From Xanthomonas campestris pv. campestris str. ATCC 33913 (lineage in GTDB: Bacteria; Pseudomonadota; Gammaproteobacteria; Xanthomonadales; Xanthomonadaceae), in assembly GCF_000007145.1 (NCBI RefSeq), contig NC_003902.1, positions 210,001-242,000 on the forward strand: a stretch of DNA of 32,000 nucleotides, read 5' to 3'. Position numbers and translations under genes: made by a program. This document shows, one piece after another, positions 7,349-16,172 of this stretch. Positions within the stretch are counted from its first letter, which is position 1; every line of letters begins with the position of its first letter. The notes beneath the pieces are model-generated. The model was not told the DNA's origin. It did not search any database and worked only from the letters and a program-made list of their open reading frames with translations.

Positions 7349-8536
7349 TCACCCACGTGGCAGCGCAGCCACCAGCTCTGCAAGCGCCTGCCCGGTCACG
7401 CTCAGGTGCGGGGCAATGCGCAACCGTCCGTGTCGCTGCGTGCACACCGCGCCCAGCGCACGCAGCGTGGTGGCCACCGACTCCAGCTGCGCAGCCGGCG
7501 GTTGCAGCGCGGTCAGATGCGGCGCATGGCCTGGCGTGCACCAGCGGGCGAGCCCCTGCGCTTGCAGCGCGGCGTCCCACTGCGCGGTGAGCGCGCCCAA
7601 TGCGTGCGCGATCCGTGCCGGTTGCCAGGCGGTGATCTGCTGCAAGGCGGCGGTCGCCATGGCCAGGCGCAGCGGGTCGGCCACGCCACCGGCGTCGTAG
7701 CGGCGCGCGCCGGTGCGGTAGTCGGGCGCTGCGGCAATGGGGAATTCCCAACTGCTACCCGCATCGCGGCCACTCCAGTGTTCTTCGATCGGCACACCAC
7801 GTGTGCGCCAGCGTGGGGCCACCCAGAGCCACGCCAGGCCCATCGGGCCCAGCAACCATTTATGGCCCACGCTGACCACAAAATCCGGCCGCCAGCGCGG
7901 CAGATCGGTCGGCAACACGCCCAGGCTCTGGCTCAGGTCCAGCACCAGCGCCGCACCGCGCGCGTGCACGGCGTCACTGATGCGGTCCAGGTCCAGTTGC
8001 CGGCCATCCAGCCAATAGGCGTGCGGCAGGCTCACCACGCGCAGCGCCGCCGTCTCGGTGATCGCCCGCAGCACCGCCTCGGTCAAAGCCCCCCCCGCTG
8101 CCATCGGCACCGCGACGATCTGCGCGCCCACCTCGGCGCAGCGGCGCTGCCAGATCAACAGGTTGGAGGGGAACTGTCCTTCCAGCACCAACACGGCCTC
8201 GCCGCGTTGCAGGTGCAGGTTGCGCGCGGCAGTGGCCAGCCCGTGTGCGGCCGAGGGCACCAGCGCCACCGCATCGGTATCGCCATCGAACAGGCCCGCG
8301 GCCAACGCACGCAGTTGCTCGATCTGCTCCACCCATGCAGCGAACGACAACTGCCATGGCGTGGCCAGCGCATCGATGGCCTGGTGCGCCACCGTTTGCA
8401 CGGCCCGCAGCATGGGCCCGCGTGCGGCGGCATCCATATAGGTCACGGCCGGGGGCAGCACAAATGCCTGCTCCCGCTGCGACCAATCCAGGGGTGTGGG
8501 TAGCGAACGGAACAACGGTGCGGCGCTCATGCGCAC
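7349..8536 (-). CDS. Class-V aminotransferase-fold PLP enzyme (cysteine desulfurase / C-S lyase-like)
   Basis: 395-aa track ORF. It carries the PLP-lysine motif SVGHKWLLGPMGLAWLWV and has a length and layout typical of the NifS/IscS/EgtE-like class V fold. The start is GTG 8536 or ATG 8530. It is divergent from egtB, with about 59 bp between the starts. Confidence 0.85.
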   Translation of the reverse strand: MRMSAAPLFRSLPTPLDWSQREQAFVLPPAVTYMDAAARGPMLRAVQTVAHQAIDALATPWQLSFAAWVEQIEQLRALAAGLFDGDTDAVALVPSAAHGLATAARNLHLQRGEAVLVLEGQFPSNLLIWQRRCAEVGAQIVAVPMAAGGALTEAVLRAITETAALRVVSLPHAYWLDGRQLDLDRISDAVHARGAALVLDLSQSLGVLPTDLPRWRPDFVVSVGHKWLLGPMGLAWLWVAPRWRTRGVPIEEHWSGRDAGSSWEFPIAAAPDYRTGARRYDAGGVADPLRLAMATAALQQITAWQPARIAHALGALTAQWDAALQAQGLARWCTPGHAPHLTALQPPAAQLESVATTLRALGAVCTQRHGRLRIAPHLSVTGQALAELVAALPRG

Positions 8537-8595
8537 AGCTTAACGCGCAGCGACATGCCACCCACACGGCGCGTTCACGGTCGCTCCCCAAGCAT

Positions 8596-9885
8596 ATGGC
8601 GATGTCTGCACAATCACCCCTGCTGGTCGACCACCAGCAACAGCAGCTGACGCTGTTGGAACGCTACGCGCAGACCCGTGCGCTAAGCGATCGTCTTGCC
8701 GCACCCTTGAGCGCGGAAGACGCCATGGTGCAGAGCATGCCCGACGCCAGCCCCAGCAAATGGCACCTGGCACACACCACCTGGTTCTTCGAACGCTTCG
8801 TGTTGCAGGCCGACCCGCAGTACGTGGTGTTCGACCCGGCGTGGGATTTCCTGTTCAACAGCTACTACCAAAGCGTAGGCCCGATGCATGCGCGCGCGCG
8901 CCGTGGCGTGTTGTCGCGGCCATCGCTGCAACAGGTGCGTGACTACCGTGCGGCCGTCGATGCGCAGATGCAGCGCCGCCTGCGCGATGGCCTGCTGGAC
9001 GAGGCCACCTGCACCATCGTGCAGCTGGGCATCCAGCACGAGCAGCAGCACCAGGAACTGCTGTTGACCGACATCAAGCACGCCCTGTGGAGCAATCCGC
9101 TGCAGCCGGCCTACCGGGAGGCCCAGCCCGTGCCGGCGGCGGCGTCTAGCGCCTTGCGCTGGCATGCGCGCGACGAGCAGATCGTGGAGATTGGCGCAGC
9201 GTCGTGGCCACAGGCCGAGGCCTTCGCCTACGACAACGAATCGCCGCGCCACCGCGTGCTGGTCGGTGCGCATGCACTGGCGCACCGTGTGGTCAGTAAT
9301 TCCGAATACCAGCAGTTCATCGATGACGGTGGCTACCGCAGCGCAGGCGCCTGGCTTAGCGATGGCTGGGCAATGGTGCAGGCGCAGGGCTGGCAGCATC
9401 CGCTGTACTGGGATGCGGACGGGCGCGAGTTCACCCTCGAAGGCTGGCGCGTGCGCGATGCGCATGCGCCGGTGTGCCATCTGAGCCTGTTCGAAGCCGA
9501 CGCGTTCGCGCGCTGGGCCGGTGCACGCCTGCCCACCGAGGCCGAATGGGAACAGGCCGCCACCGGCATTGCCGTGCACGGCAATTTCGTCGACAGCGAT
9601 GCCCTGCATCCGCGCGCGGCCGACGCGGTGGACACCGGTCTGCAGCAGCTGTTTGGCGATGTGTGGGAATGGACCGGCAGCGCGTATCTGCCGTATCCCG
9701 GCTTCGCGCCCTGGCCCGGGTCGCTGGGCGAATACAACGGCAAATTCATGAACGCGCAATGGGTCTTGCGCGGCGGCAGTTGTGCCACGCCTGCCAGCCA
9801 TGTGCGCGCCAGCTACCGCAACTTTTTCCCCTCCGATGCGCGTTGGCAATTTGCCGGCGTGCGCCTAGCCAAGGATTTGCTGTGA
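8596..9885 (+). CDS. egtB: Ergothioneine biosynthesis sulfoxide synthase EgtB (DinB-like + FGE-sulfatase-like domains)
   Basis: SKWHLAHTTWFFERF and the iron-binding HEQQHQE (HxxxHxE) sit in the N-terminal DinB-like part. GDVWEWTGSAYLPYPGF and RGGSCATP sit in the C-terminal FGE-type part. The product is about 429 aa from ATG 8596 (ATG 8602 is an alternative). Track ORF 8245..9885 is a 5' overextension. Confidence 0.9.
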   Translation: MAMSAQSPLLVDHQQQQLTLLERYAQTRALSDRLAAPLSAEDAMVQSMPDASPSKWHLAHTTWFFERFVLQADPQYVVFDPAWDFLFNSYYQSVGPMHARARRGVLSRPSLQQVRDYRAAVDAQMQRRLRDGLLDEATCTIVQLGIQHEQQHQELLLTDIKHALWSNPLQPAYREAQPVPAAASSALRWHARDEQIVEIGAASWPQAEAFAYDNESPRHRVLVGAHALAHRVVSNSEYQQFIDDGGYRSAGAWLSDGWAMVQAQGWQHPLYWDADGREFTLEGWRVRDAHAPVCHLSLFEADAFARWAGARLPTEAEWEQAATGIAVHGNFVDSDALHPRAADAVDTGLQQLFGDVWEWTGSAYLPYPGFAPWPGSLGEYNGKFMNAQWVLRGGSCATPASHVRASYRNFFPSDARWQFAGVRLAKDLL

Positions 9886-10868
9886 ACGCCGCCGCCCACG
9901 CCACCCAACGCGCGCATGCCGCGCTGACCGATCTGCGCCCGCAGCCGGACGACATCACCGCCGATGCCCTGGCCGGCCTATCGCCGACGCCCAAGACGCT
10001 GCCGTCGAAATATTTCTACGATGCGCGCGGCTCGCAGTTGTTCGAAGCGATCACCCGTCAGCCCGAGTACTACCTCACCACCACCGAACTGAGCCTGCTC
10101 GAGGCCAGCATGAGCTCGATCGCGCAGGCGATCGGCGCGGGCGTGCATGTGGTGGAGTACGGCAGTGGCAGTGGCCGCAAGACCGAATTGCTGCTGCAGG
10201 GCCTGCGCGATGTGGTGGCCTATACGCCGCTGGAAATCTCGCGGACCGCGCTGCTGGAAAGCACCGCACGCCTGGCCGAGCAATTTCCGCAGATCCAGAT
10301 GTTGCCGGTGTGCACCGACTTCACCCGGCCGCTGCAGCTGCCGGCCGCGCAACGCCCGGCACGCCGGCACGTGGTGTTCTTCCCCGGCTCGACGCTGGGA
10401 AATTTCACCGACACCGCTGCGATTGAATTGCTGGATGCGATGCGCCAGACCATGGGCGCCGACGGCTGCGCCTTGATCGGCATCGATCTGGACAAGGATG
10501 CCGCGCTGATCGAGGCGGCGTACAACGATGCCGCCGGGGTCACCGCGGAATTCACGGTGAATCTGCTGGCACGCCTCAACCGCGAGATCGGCAGCGATTT
10601 CGACCTGGAGGGTTTCCGCCATCGCGCGGTGTATGCGCGCGAACGCGGCCGCATCGAAACCTTCCTGGTCAGCCAGCGCGCGCAACGTGTGCACGTGGGT
10701 GGGCAGGAATTCACCTTCACCGAAGGCGAGGCGATGCAGGTCGAATACAGCTACAAGTACACCGACGCCCGCTTCGCCGAACTGGCCGCCGCGGCCGGCC
10801 TCAAGGTGACGCATGGCTGGAACGATGCCAAGGATTGGTTCGGTCTGCGGTTGCTACGCCCGCTCTGA
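9882..10868 (+). CDS. egtD: L-histidine N-alpha-methyltransferase EgtD
   Basis: PSKYFYDARGSQLFEAITRQPEYYLTTTE, SAM-binding VVEYGSGSGRKT, and FPGSTLGNF. GTG 9882 overlaps the egtB TGA (GTGA). The product is about 328 aa. Track ORF 9474..10868 is a 5' overextension. Confidence 0.9.
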   Translation: MNAAAHATQRAHAALTDLRPQPDDITADALAGLSPTPKTLPSKYFYDARGSQLFEAITRQPEYYLTTTELSLLEASMSSIAQAIGAGVHVVEYGSGSGRKTELLLQGLRDVVAYTPLEISRTALLESTARLAEQFPQIQMLPVCTDFTRPLQLPAAQRPARRHVVFFPGSTLGNFTDTAAIELLDAMRQTMGADGCALIGIDLDKDAALIEAAYNDAAGVTAEFTVNLLARLNREIGSDFDLEGFRHRAVYARERGRIETFLVSQRAQRVHVGGQEFTFTEGEAMQVEYSYKYTDARFAELAAAAGLKVTHGWNDAKDWFGLRLLRPL

Positions 10869-10883
10869 CGCAGGCCGCACGCG

Positions 10884-11156
10884 ATGCAGGTACCTGACGC
10901 CGCGCAGATGGCGGCGCTGATCGTCGACCTGCTCGCACGGCGTGAGCCGCAGCACTCGATCTGCCCGTCGGAGGTGGCACGCGCACTCAGCGAGGATGCC
11001 GCGATCTGGCGCGCGCTGATGCCGCAGGTGCGCGCCACCGCGGCCGCACTGGTGGGCGAGGGTGTGGTGCGCATCACGCAGCGTGGCCAGCCTGTGGAGC
11101 TGGGCACGGTACGCGGCCCGATCCGTTTGATGCGCGGGCCACGCTTCCCGCGATAA
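10884..11156 (+). CDS. Small DUF3253-like protein
   Basis: 90-aa ORF starting 15 nt after egtD: ...SICPSEVARAL...WRALMPQVRATAAALVGEGVVRITQRGQPVEL...GPIRL. The family assignment is from memory of the motif pattern. Confidence 0.65.
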   Translation: MQVPDAAQMAALIVDLLARREPQHSICPSEVARALSEDAAIWRALMPQVRATAAALVGEGVVRITQRGQPVELGTVRGPIRLMRGPRFPR

Positions 11157-11342
11157 CTGCTGCGCTTGCGATCGCGTGCAGGCAGTACACGCACGGTCTG
11201 GGAGCCAGCACGTGATCCAACGCGACCTCAAACCTAAGACCTCGCATCGGTCACGCAAACCCGCTGACCGCGCAGCCAAACCGCCACTGCCTGTGGCGCA
11301 CGATCGACGCCACGCATCCCTCATCCGTAACGCACTGGCAGC

Positions 11343-14300
11343 TTATGCCGCCTGCACCACATGCAGCGCCTTGGGGTTGCGCCATTGCGCCAACAGGGCG
11401 GCTTCGCGCGCCTTGGCCTCGTGCAGGTGCGCGTCCTTGACGTGCCCGTAGCCGCGGATGTGTTCGGGGATGCTGGCGATCTGCGCGGCCAGGCCCACGT
11501 TGTCGTTGTCCAGGCGCTGCAGCAGCGTGTTCACCGTTGCCAAATAATCGGCAATCAACTGACGCTCGCCGCGACGTTCGGCGGTGTAGCCGAACACGTC
11601 CAGTTTGCCGCCGCGCAGGAACTTCAACCGTGCCAGCAATTTGAAGGCACTGAACATCCACGGCCCATATTCGCGTTTGATGGGCTGCCCGTTTGCATCC
11701 TTCTTGGCGAACAACGGCGGCGCCAGATGGAAGCGCAGCTGGTAGTCGCCCTCGAACTGCTGCTGCACACGGCGCTGGAAGTCGCCGCGCGTATACAGCC
11801 GCGCCACCTCGTACTCGTCCTTGTAGGCCATCAGCTTGAAGGCGTAGCGCGCCACCGCAGCGCTTAGCGCGGTGCTGCCCGGTGCGCGTTGCGCTTCGTG
11901 CGTGCGCACGCGCTCCACCAGCGCACGGTATTGCTGGGCGTAGGCGGCATCCTGGTAGTCGGTGAGGAAGTGCACGCGCCGCGCGATCGCCTCGTCCAGG
12001 GACTGCGCCAGCTGCTCGTCATCCAATGGATGCACCGGAGCATCGCCGTCAGCGTGCAGCGTGTCGGCATCGGTTTGCGCCAGCGCGCGCGGCGCACTCT
12101 GGCCGCTCATGTCGTGGTCTTCCCAGCTGCCCGGCCCGCGCGATGGCGGTGTGGCGGCATGCGCGTGGGCGGCCGTGTCCAGCGCAGGTGCCAGGCCTGC
12201 GGCGCGTTGTACGGCCGGCAGATCGACCGCCGCCAAACGCCCCCAGGCGAAGGCCTGCTGATTCATCGCCACCGCCGCGCCATTGAGCTCGATCGCGCGC
12301 ATCAACGCCGCGTGCGACAACGGCACCAGGCCGTGCTGCCAGGCATAGCCGAGCACGAACAGATTGCTGGCGATGGCATCGCCCAGCAGCGCGGTGGCCA
12401 ATTGCGTGGCGTCCAGCAGCAAGGGCTCCTGCCCGCCGAGAGCAGTGCGTACCCCCGCAATGATCTCGGCTGCCGGGAACTGCAGATCCGGCTGCGTGGT
12501 GAAACTGCCCGGCATCGCTTCGTAGGTGTTGAGCACCACCTGGGTGCGGCCGTCGCGCACCTTGGACAAGGCCCAGTAATCGTTGACCACCACCATGTCG
12601 CAGCCCAGCACCAGGTCTGCTTCGCCGGCGGCGATACGCACGGCGTGGATGTCGGCGGGCTGGCGCGCGATGCGGATATGCGTGGTGACCGCGCCACCCT
12701 TTTGCGCCAGGCCGGTCTGGTCCAGCACCGTGGCGCCCTTGCCTTCGAGATGGCCGGCCATGCCCAGCAACGCGCCGATGGTCACCACGCCGGTGCCGCC
12801 GACGCCGGTGATCAGGATGTTCCAGGGCTGCTCCAGCGTGGTGCGTTGTGGCGGTTCGGGCAGGGCGTCCAGCAATGCACTGGCATCGCGCTTCTTGCCC
12901 TTGCGCGGCGCGCCGCCATGCACGGTGACAAAGCTCGGGCAGAAGCCCGACACGCAGGAATAATCCTTGTTGCAGTTGGACTGGTCGATCTCGCGCTTGC
13001 GCCCGAACTCGGTGTCCTTCGGCAGCACCGACACGCAGAAACTCTTCTCGCCGCAATCGCCACAGCCTTCGCAGACCAACGAATTGATCATCACCCGCTT
13101 GGGCGGGTCGATCAGCTTGCCGCGCTTGCGACGGCGACGTTTTTCGGTGGCGCAGGTCTGGTCGAAGATCAGGATCGACACGCCCTTGATGGTGCGCAGC
13201 CGCTGCTGCACCGCATCCAGTTCGCTGCGATCGTGAAATGCCACGTCGCTGGGGAACCGCTCGCGCCGGCGCGTCCATTTGCCGATGTCATCGCTCACCA
13301 CCACGATCTCGTGGATGCCTTCGGCACGCAGCTGGTGCGCGATGTCCGGCACAGTGAGCGTGCCGTCCACCGGCTGCCCGCCGGTCATCGCCACCGCGTC
13401 GTTGTAGAGGATCTTGTAGGTGATGTTGACGCCGGTGGCCACCGACTGGCGGATCGCCAGCGAGCCACTGTGGAAATAGGTGCCATCGCCCAGGTTCTGG
13501 AACACGTGCGGCGTGGCGGTGAACGGCGCCTGCCCCGACCAGGTGACGCCTTCGCCGCCCATGTGGGTGAAGGTGTCGGTCGAGCGGTTCATCCAGGTCA
13601 CCATGTAGTGGCAACCGATTCCGCCGAGCGCGCGCGAGCCCTCCGGTACCACCGTGGAGGTGTTGTGCGGGCAGCCGGAGCAGTAGTGCGGCACGCGCGG
13701 GAACAGCGCGCGCGGCAGCGCCATCTCCGCTTCCTTGGCCTCCATCCAGCGCAGGCGCTGTTCGATCGATGCAGCAATGGCCGCCGACGGCAGCGGGAAG
13801 CGCTGGATGCGCTTGCCGATCACCGCGGCGATGGTGGCCGGGGTGAGCTCACCGGTGGAGGGCAGGATCCACGCGCCGTGTTCGTTGTACTTGCCCACGA
13901 TGCTCGGCCGCGCGCCGGCGCTGGCCGGCCAGTTGTAGAACAGCTCTTTCATCTGGCGCTCGATGAAGGCTTTCTTTTCTTCCACCACCACGATGTCGTC
14001 CAGCCCGCGCGCGAACGCGGTGATCCCCACCGGCTCCAGCGGCCAGGTCATGCCCACCTTGTAGACGCGGATGCCGATCTGCGCGCAGGCCTGCGCATCC
14101 AGGCCCAGGTATTCCAGCGCCTGCAACACGTCCAGATAGCTTTTGCCGGTGGTGACGATGCCCAGCCGTGCCTGCGGCGAATCCAGCACCAGCTTGTCGA
14201 TGCCGTTGGCACGCGCGAATGCCTGCGCGGCGGCCACCGCATAGCGGTGCAGGCGCATCTCCTGATCCACCGGCGGATCCGGCCAGCGGATGCTCAGCCC

Positions 14301-15053
14301 GCCCGGCGGCAGTGCGAAGTCGTCCGGCAGCACGATCTGGCGTGCGAACGGGTCCACGTCCACCGAGGCAGAGGATTCCACCGTTTCGGCGATGGTCTTG
14401 AAGCCCACCCAGCGCCCGGTATAGCGGCTCATCGCCCAACCGAGCAGGCCCATGTCCAGGATGTCCTGCACGCCGGCCGGGTTGAGGATGGGCATCATCG
14501 CGCTGACGAATTCGTCTTCGGACCCATGCGGCAAGGTGGAGCTGCGGCAGGCATGGTCGTCGGCGGCCAGGGCCAGCACGCCACCAAACGGTGAGGTGCC
14601 GGCGGCATTGGCGTGCTTGAACACGTCGCCGCTGCGGTCCACGCCCGGGCCCTTGCCGTACCACATGCCATACACGCCCTGGACGGTGGCGCCCGGGAAC
14701 AGGTTGGTCTGCTGCGTGCCCCACACCATGGTGGCGGCCAGGTCCTCGTTGAGGCCCGGGGTGAAGGTGACCTTGGCCGCCTCCAGATGCGCACGCGCCC
14801 GCCACAGTTCCAGGTCCAGCCCGCCCAGCGGGCTGCCGCGGTAGCCGCTGACGAACCCGGCGGTATCCAGCCCGGCGGCCACATCGCGCAGGTGTTGCAT
14901 CAGCGGCAGCCGCACCAGCGCCTGCACACCGGACAAATAAATGCGGCCGTCGGCACGCGTGTATTTGTGTTCCAGCGTGTAGTCCGCATCCACACGGCCG
15001 ATCTCCGGCGTGTTGGCAGAGGCGGGGGATGAAAGTGCAGCGGTACTGGTCAT
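11343..15053 (-). CDS. Indolepyruvate:ferredoxin oxidoreductase family protein (fused alpha/beta, 1235 aa)
   Basis: One uninterrupted 1236-codon ORF. It has a TPP/pyruvate-ferredoxin-oxidoreductase-like N-terminal half, cysteine clusters CSGCPHNTS and CEGCGDCGEKSFC, and a C-terminal IorB-like region (ILITGVGGTGVVTIG). Confidence 0.9.
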   Translation of the reverse strand: MTSTAALSSPASANTPEIGRVDADYTLEHKYTRADGRIYLSGVQALVRLPLMQHLRDVAAGLDTAGFVSGYRGSPLGGLDLELWRARAHLEAAKVTFTPGLNEDLAATMVWGTQQTNLFPGATVQGVYGMWYGKGPGVDRSGDVFKHANAAGTSPFGGVLALAADDHACRSSTLPHGSEDEFVSAMMPILNPAGVQDILDMGLLGWAMSRYTGRWVGFKTIAETVESSASVDVDPFARQIVLPDDFALPPGGLSIRWPDPPVDQEMRLHRYAVAAAQAFARANGIDKLVLDSPQARLGIVTTGKSYLDVLQALEYLGLDAQACAQIGIRVYKVGMTWPLEPVGITAFARGLDDIVVVEEKKAFIERQMKELFYNWPASAGARPSIVGKYNEHGAWILPSTGELTPATIAAVIGKRIQRFPLPSAAIAASIEQRLRWMEAKEAEMALPRALFPRVPHYCSGCPHNTSTVVPEGSRALGGIGCHYMVTWMNRSTDTFTHMGGEGVTWSGQAPFTATPHVFQNLGDGTYFHSGSLAIRQSVATGVNITYKILYNDAVAMTGGQPVDGTLTVPDIAHQLRAEGIHEIVVVSDDIGKWTRRRERFPSDVAFHDRSELDAVQQRLRTIKGVSILIFDQTCATEKRRRRKRGKLIDPPKRVMINSLVCEGCGDCGEKSFCVSVLPKDTEFGRKREIDQSNCNKDYSCVSGFCPSFVTVHGGAPRKGKKRDASALLDALPEPPQRTTLEQPWNILITGVGGTGVVTIGALLGMAGHLEGKGATVLDQTGLAQKGGAVTTHIRIARQPADIHAVRIAAGEADLVLGCDMVVVNDYWALSKVRDGRTQVVLNTYEAMPGSFTTQPDLQFPAAEIIAGVRTALGGQEPLLLDATQLATALLGDAIASNLFVLGYAWQHGLVPLSHAALMRAIELNGAAVAMNQQAFAWGRLAAVDLPAVQRAAGLAPALDTAAHAHAATPPSRGPGSWEDHDMSGQSAPRALAQTDADTLHADGDAPVHPLDDEQLAQSLDEAIARRVHFLTDYQDAAYAQQYRALVERVRTHEAQRAPGSTALSAAVARYAFKLMAYKDEYEVARLYTRGDFQRRVQQQFEGDYQLRFHLAPPLFAKKDANGQPIKREYGPWMFSAFKLLARLKFLRGGKLDVFGYTAERRGERQLIADYLATVNTLLQRLDNDNVGLAAQIASIPEHIRGYGHVKDAHLHEAKAREAALLAQWRNPKALHVVQAA

Positions 15054-15214
15054 GGCGTGCCCGGAAAGGGTGGCTGGAACCTGGGGATTCCAAAACGGCG
15101 TGCAAATTGTAACAGTCGCCTTTCACGCGCCCGTCCGCCTGCGGATGCACAGCCGCCGCGCTGCGGTTAGGATGGGGACGGGAAGGGGTCGTTTGCTGTC
15201 AGGGGATAAAGCCA

Positions 15215-15853
15215 GTGAAGAAGCAATACGCATGGGTCGCCGCGTTGGCCCTGCTCGGGGGCGTGTGGTCGATGGCGCAGGCGCAGAGCCTGCCCAAGCC
15301 CAAGGAGTTCTATTTCGACGAAGACCGTGCCACGACCAAACCGGTGGTGGCCGTGCAGGGGCAGGGCGATGCGGTCGTGGATCGGCTGGCCGGCATGGTG
15401 CAGCGTGACGCACGCGCCGCCGAGCCACGTGCACAGCTTGCCGCGCTGGCCTATGCCGGTGGCCGCACACAGTTAGGCGACGAGCTCTACCAGGGCGCGC
15501 TGGCACTGGTGTCCAACGGCAGCCAGCAATACCGCGCCATCAGCTGGAACTACGGCTGGGACCTGTTGCGCGCCGACAAGGCCGACAAGGCCCTGCAGCA
15601 CTGGGCCAACCTGGCCAACGGCCGCCCGGCCACGCCGGCATGGTTGCCCACCACGCTGGCATTGGGGCTGTGGCGCGCCGGACGCAAGCAGGAAGCAGTC
15701 GAGTGGTACGCCGCCGCCGTGCGCACCTGGCCGGACCGTTGGGGCAGCACCGCCAACTACGCCAGCCTGCTGCCGGAGTGGCGCGAGGCAGACCGCGCCA
15801 GCCTGGCCGAAGTCTTCGCCGCCTGGCAGGCCAACCCGCCCGCGTTCCCGTAA
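15215..15853 (+). CDS. Secreted hypothetical protein, helical/TPR-like
   Basis: GTG start with signal peptide MKKQYAWVAALALLGGVWSMAQA. It is Ala/Leu/Trp-rich and helical-repeat-like, and I recognise no catalytic motif. Confidence 0.65.
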   Translation: MKKQYAWVAALALLGGVWSMAQAQSLPKPKEFYFDEDRATTKPVVAVQGQGDAVVDRLAGMVQRDARAAEPRAQLAALAYAGGRTQLGDELYQGALALVSNGSQQYRAISWNYGWDLLRADKADKALQHWANLANGRPATPAWLPTTLALGLWRAGRKQEAVEWYAAAVRTWPDRWGSTANYASLLPEWREADRASLAEVFAAWQANPPAFP

Positions 15854-16172
15854 GCCAACCGCGCGCGGCAGTGAATCTGCAGCGCGCGGGTAACGCCGCA
15901 TTGGCGATACAGCGTGGCGCTGCAGTCCGGCGCTGAAATCGCGCTGTGCGTCGTCCGCATTCGTGCAGGCCATGGTGGCGTTCGTTGCGCCATCACTCGC
16001 CGGGCAGGCGGCTTGCGCAAGCCAGCGTTGTCATCCAGGCGGTGTCATCGGCGATCTGTGCTGAGTAACGCGCAGACCAGGTGAAGTGCGTCGTCCCGCG
16101 CTGCAGTCGGTCGCAAGCCCGGCACGCACGCTATGCGATCCTGCACACCCGTTTCGAAGACATGACCACGCC

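Noticed and set aside
11889-14594. A 901-aa plus-strand ORF, plus other very long ORFs antisense to called genes. Examples are 740..1927 (+), 7163..8503 (+), 8683..9849 (-), 20195..21856 (-), 25412..27253 (-) and 16131..17384 (-).
   Set aside because: These are shadow ORFs, typical of high-GC DNA where stop codons are rare on the antisense strand. Their products are Arg/Ala/Gly/His-rich with no motifs. The opposite-strand products carry clear family signatures.
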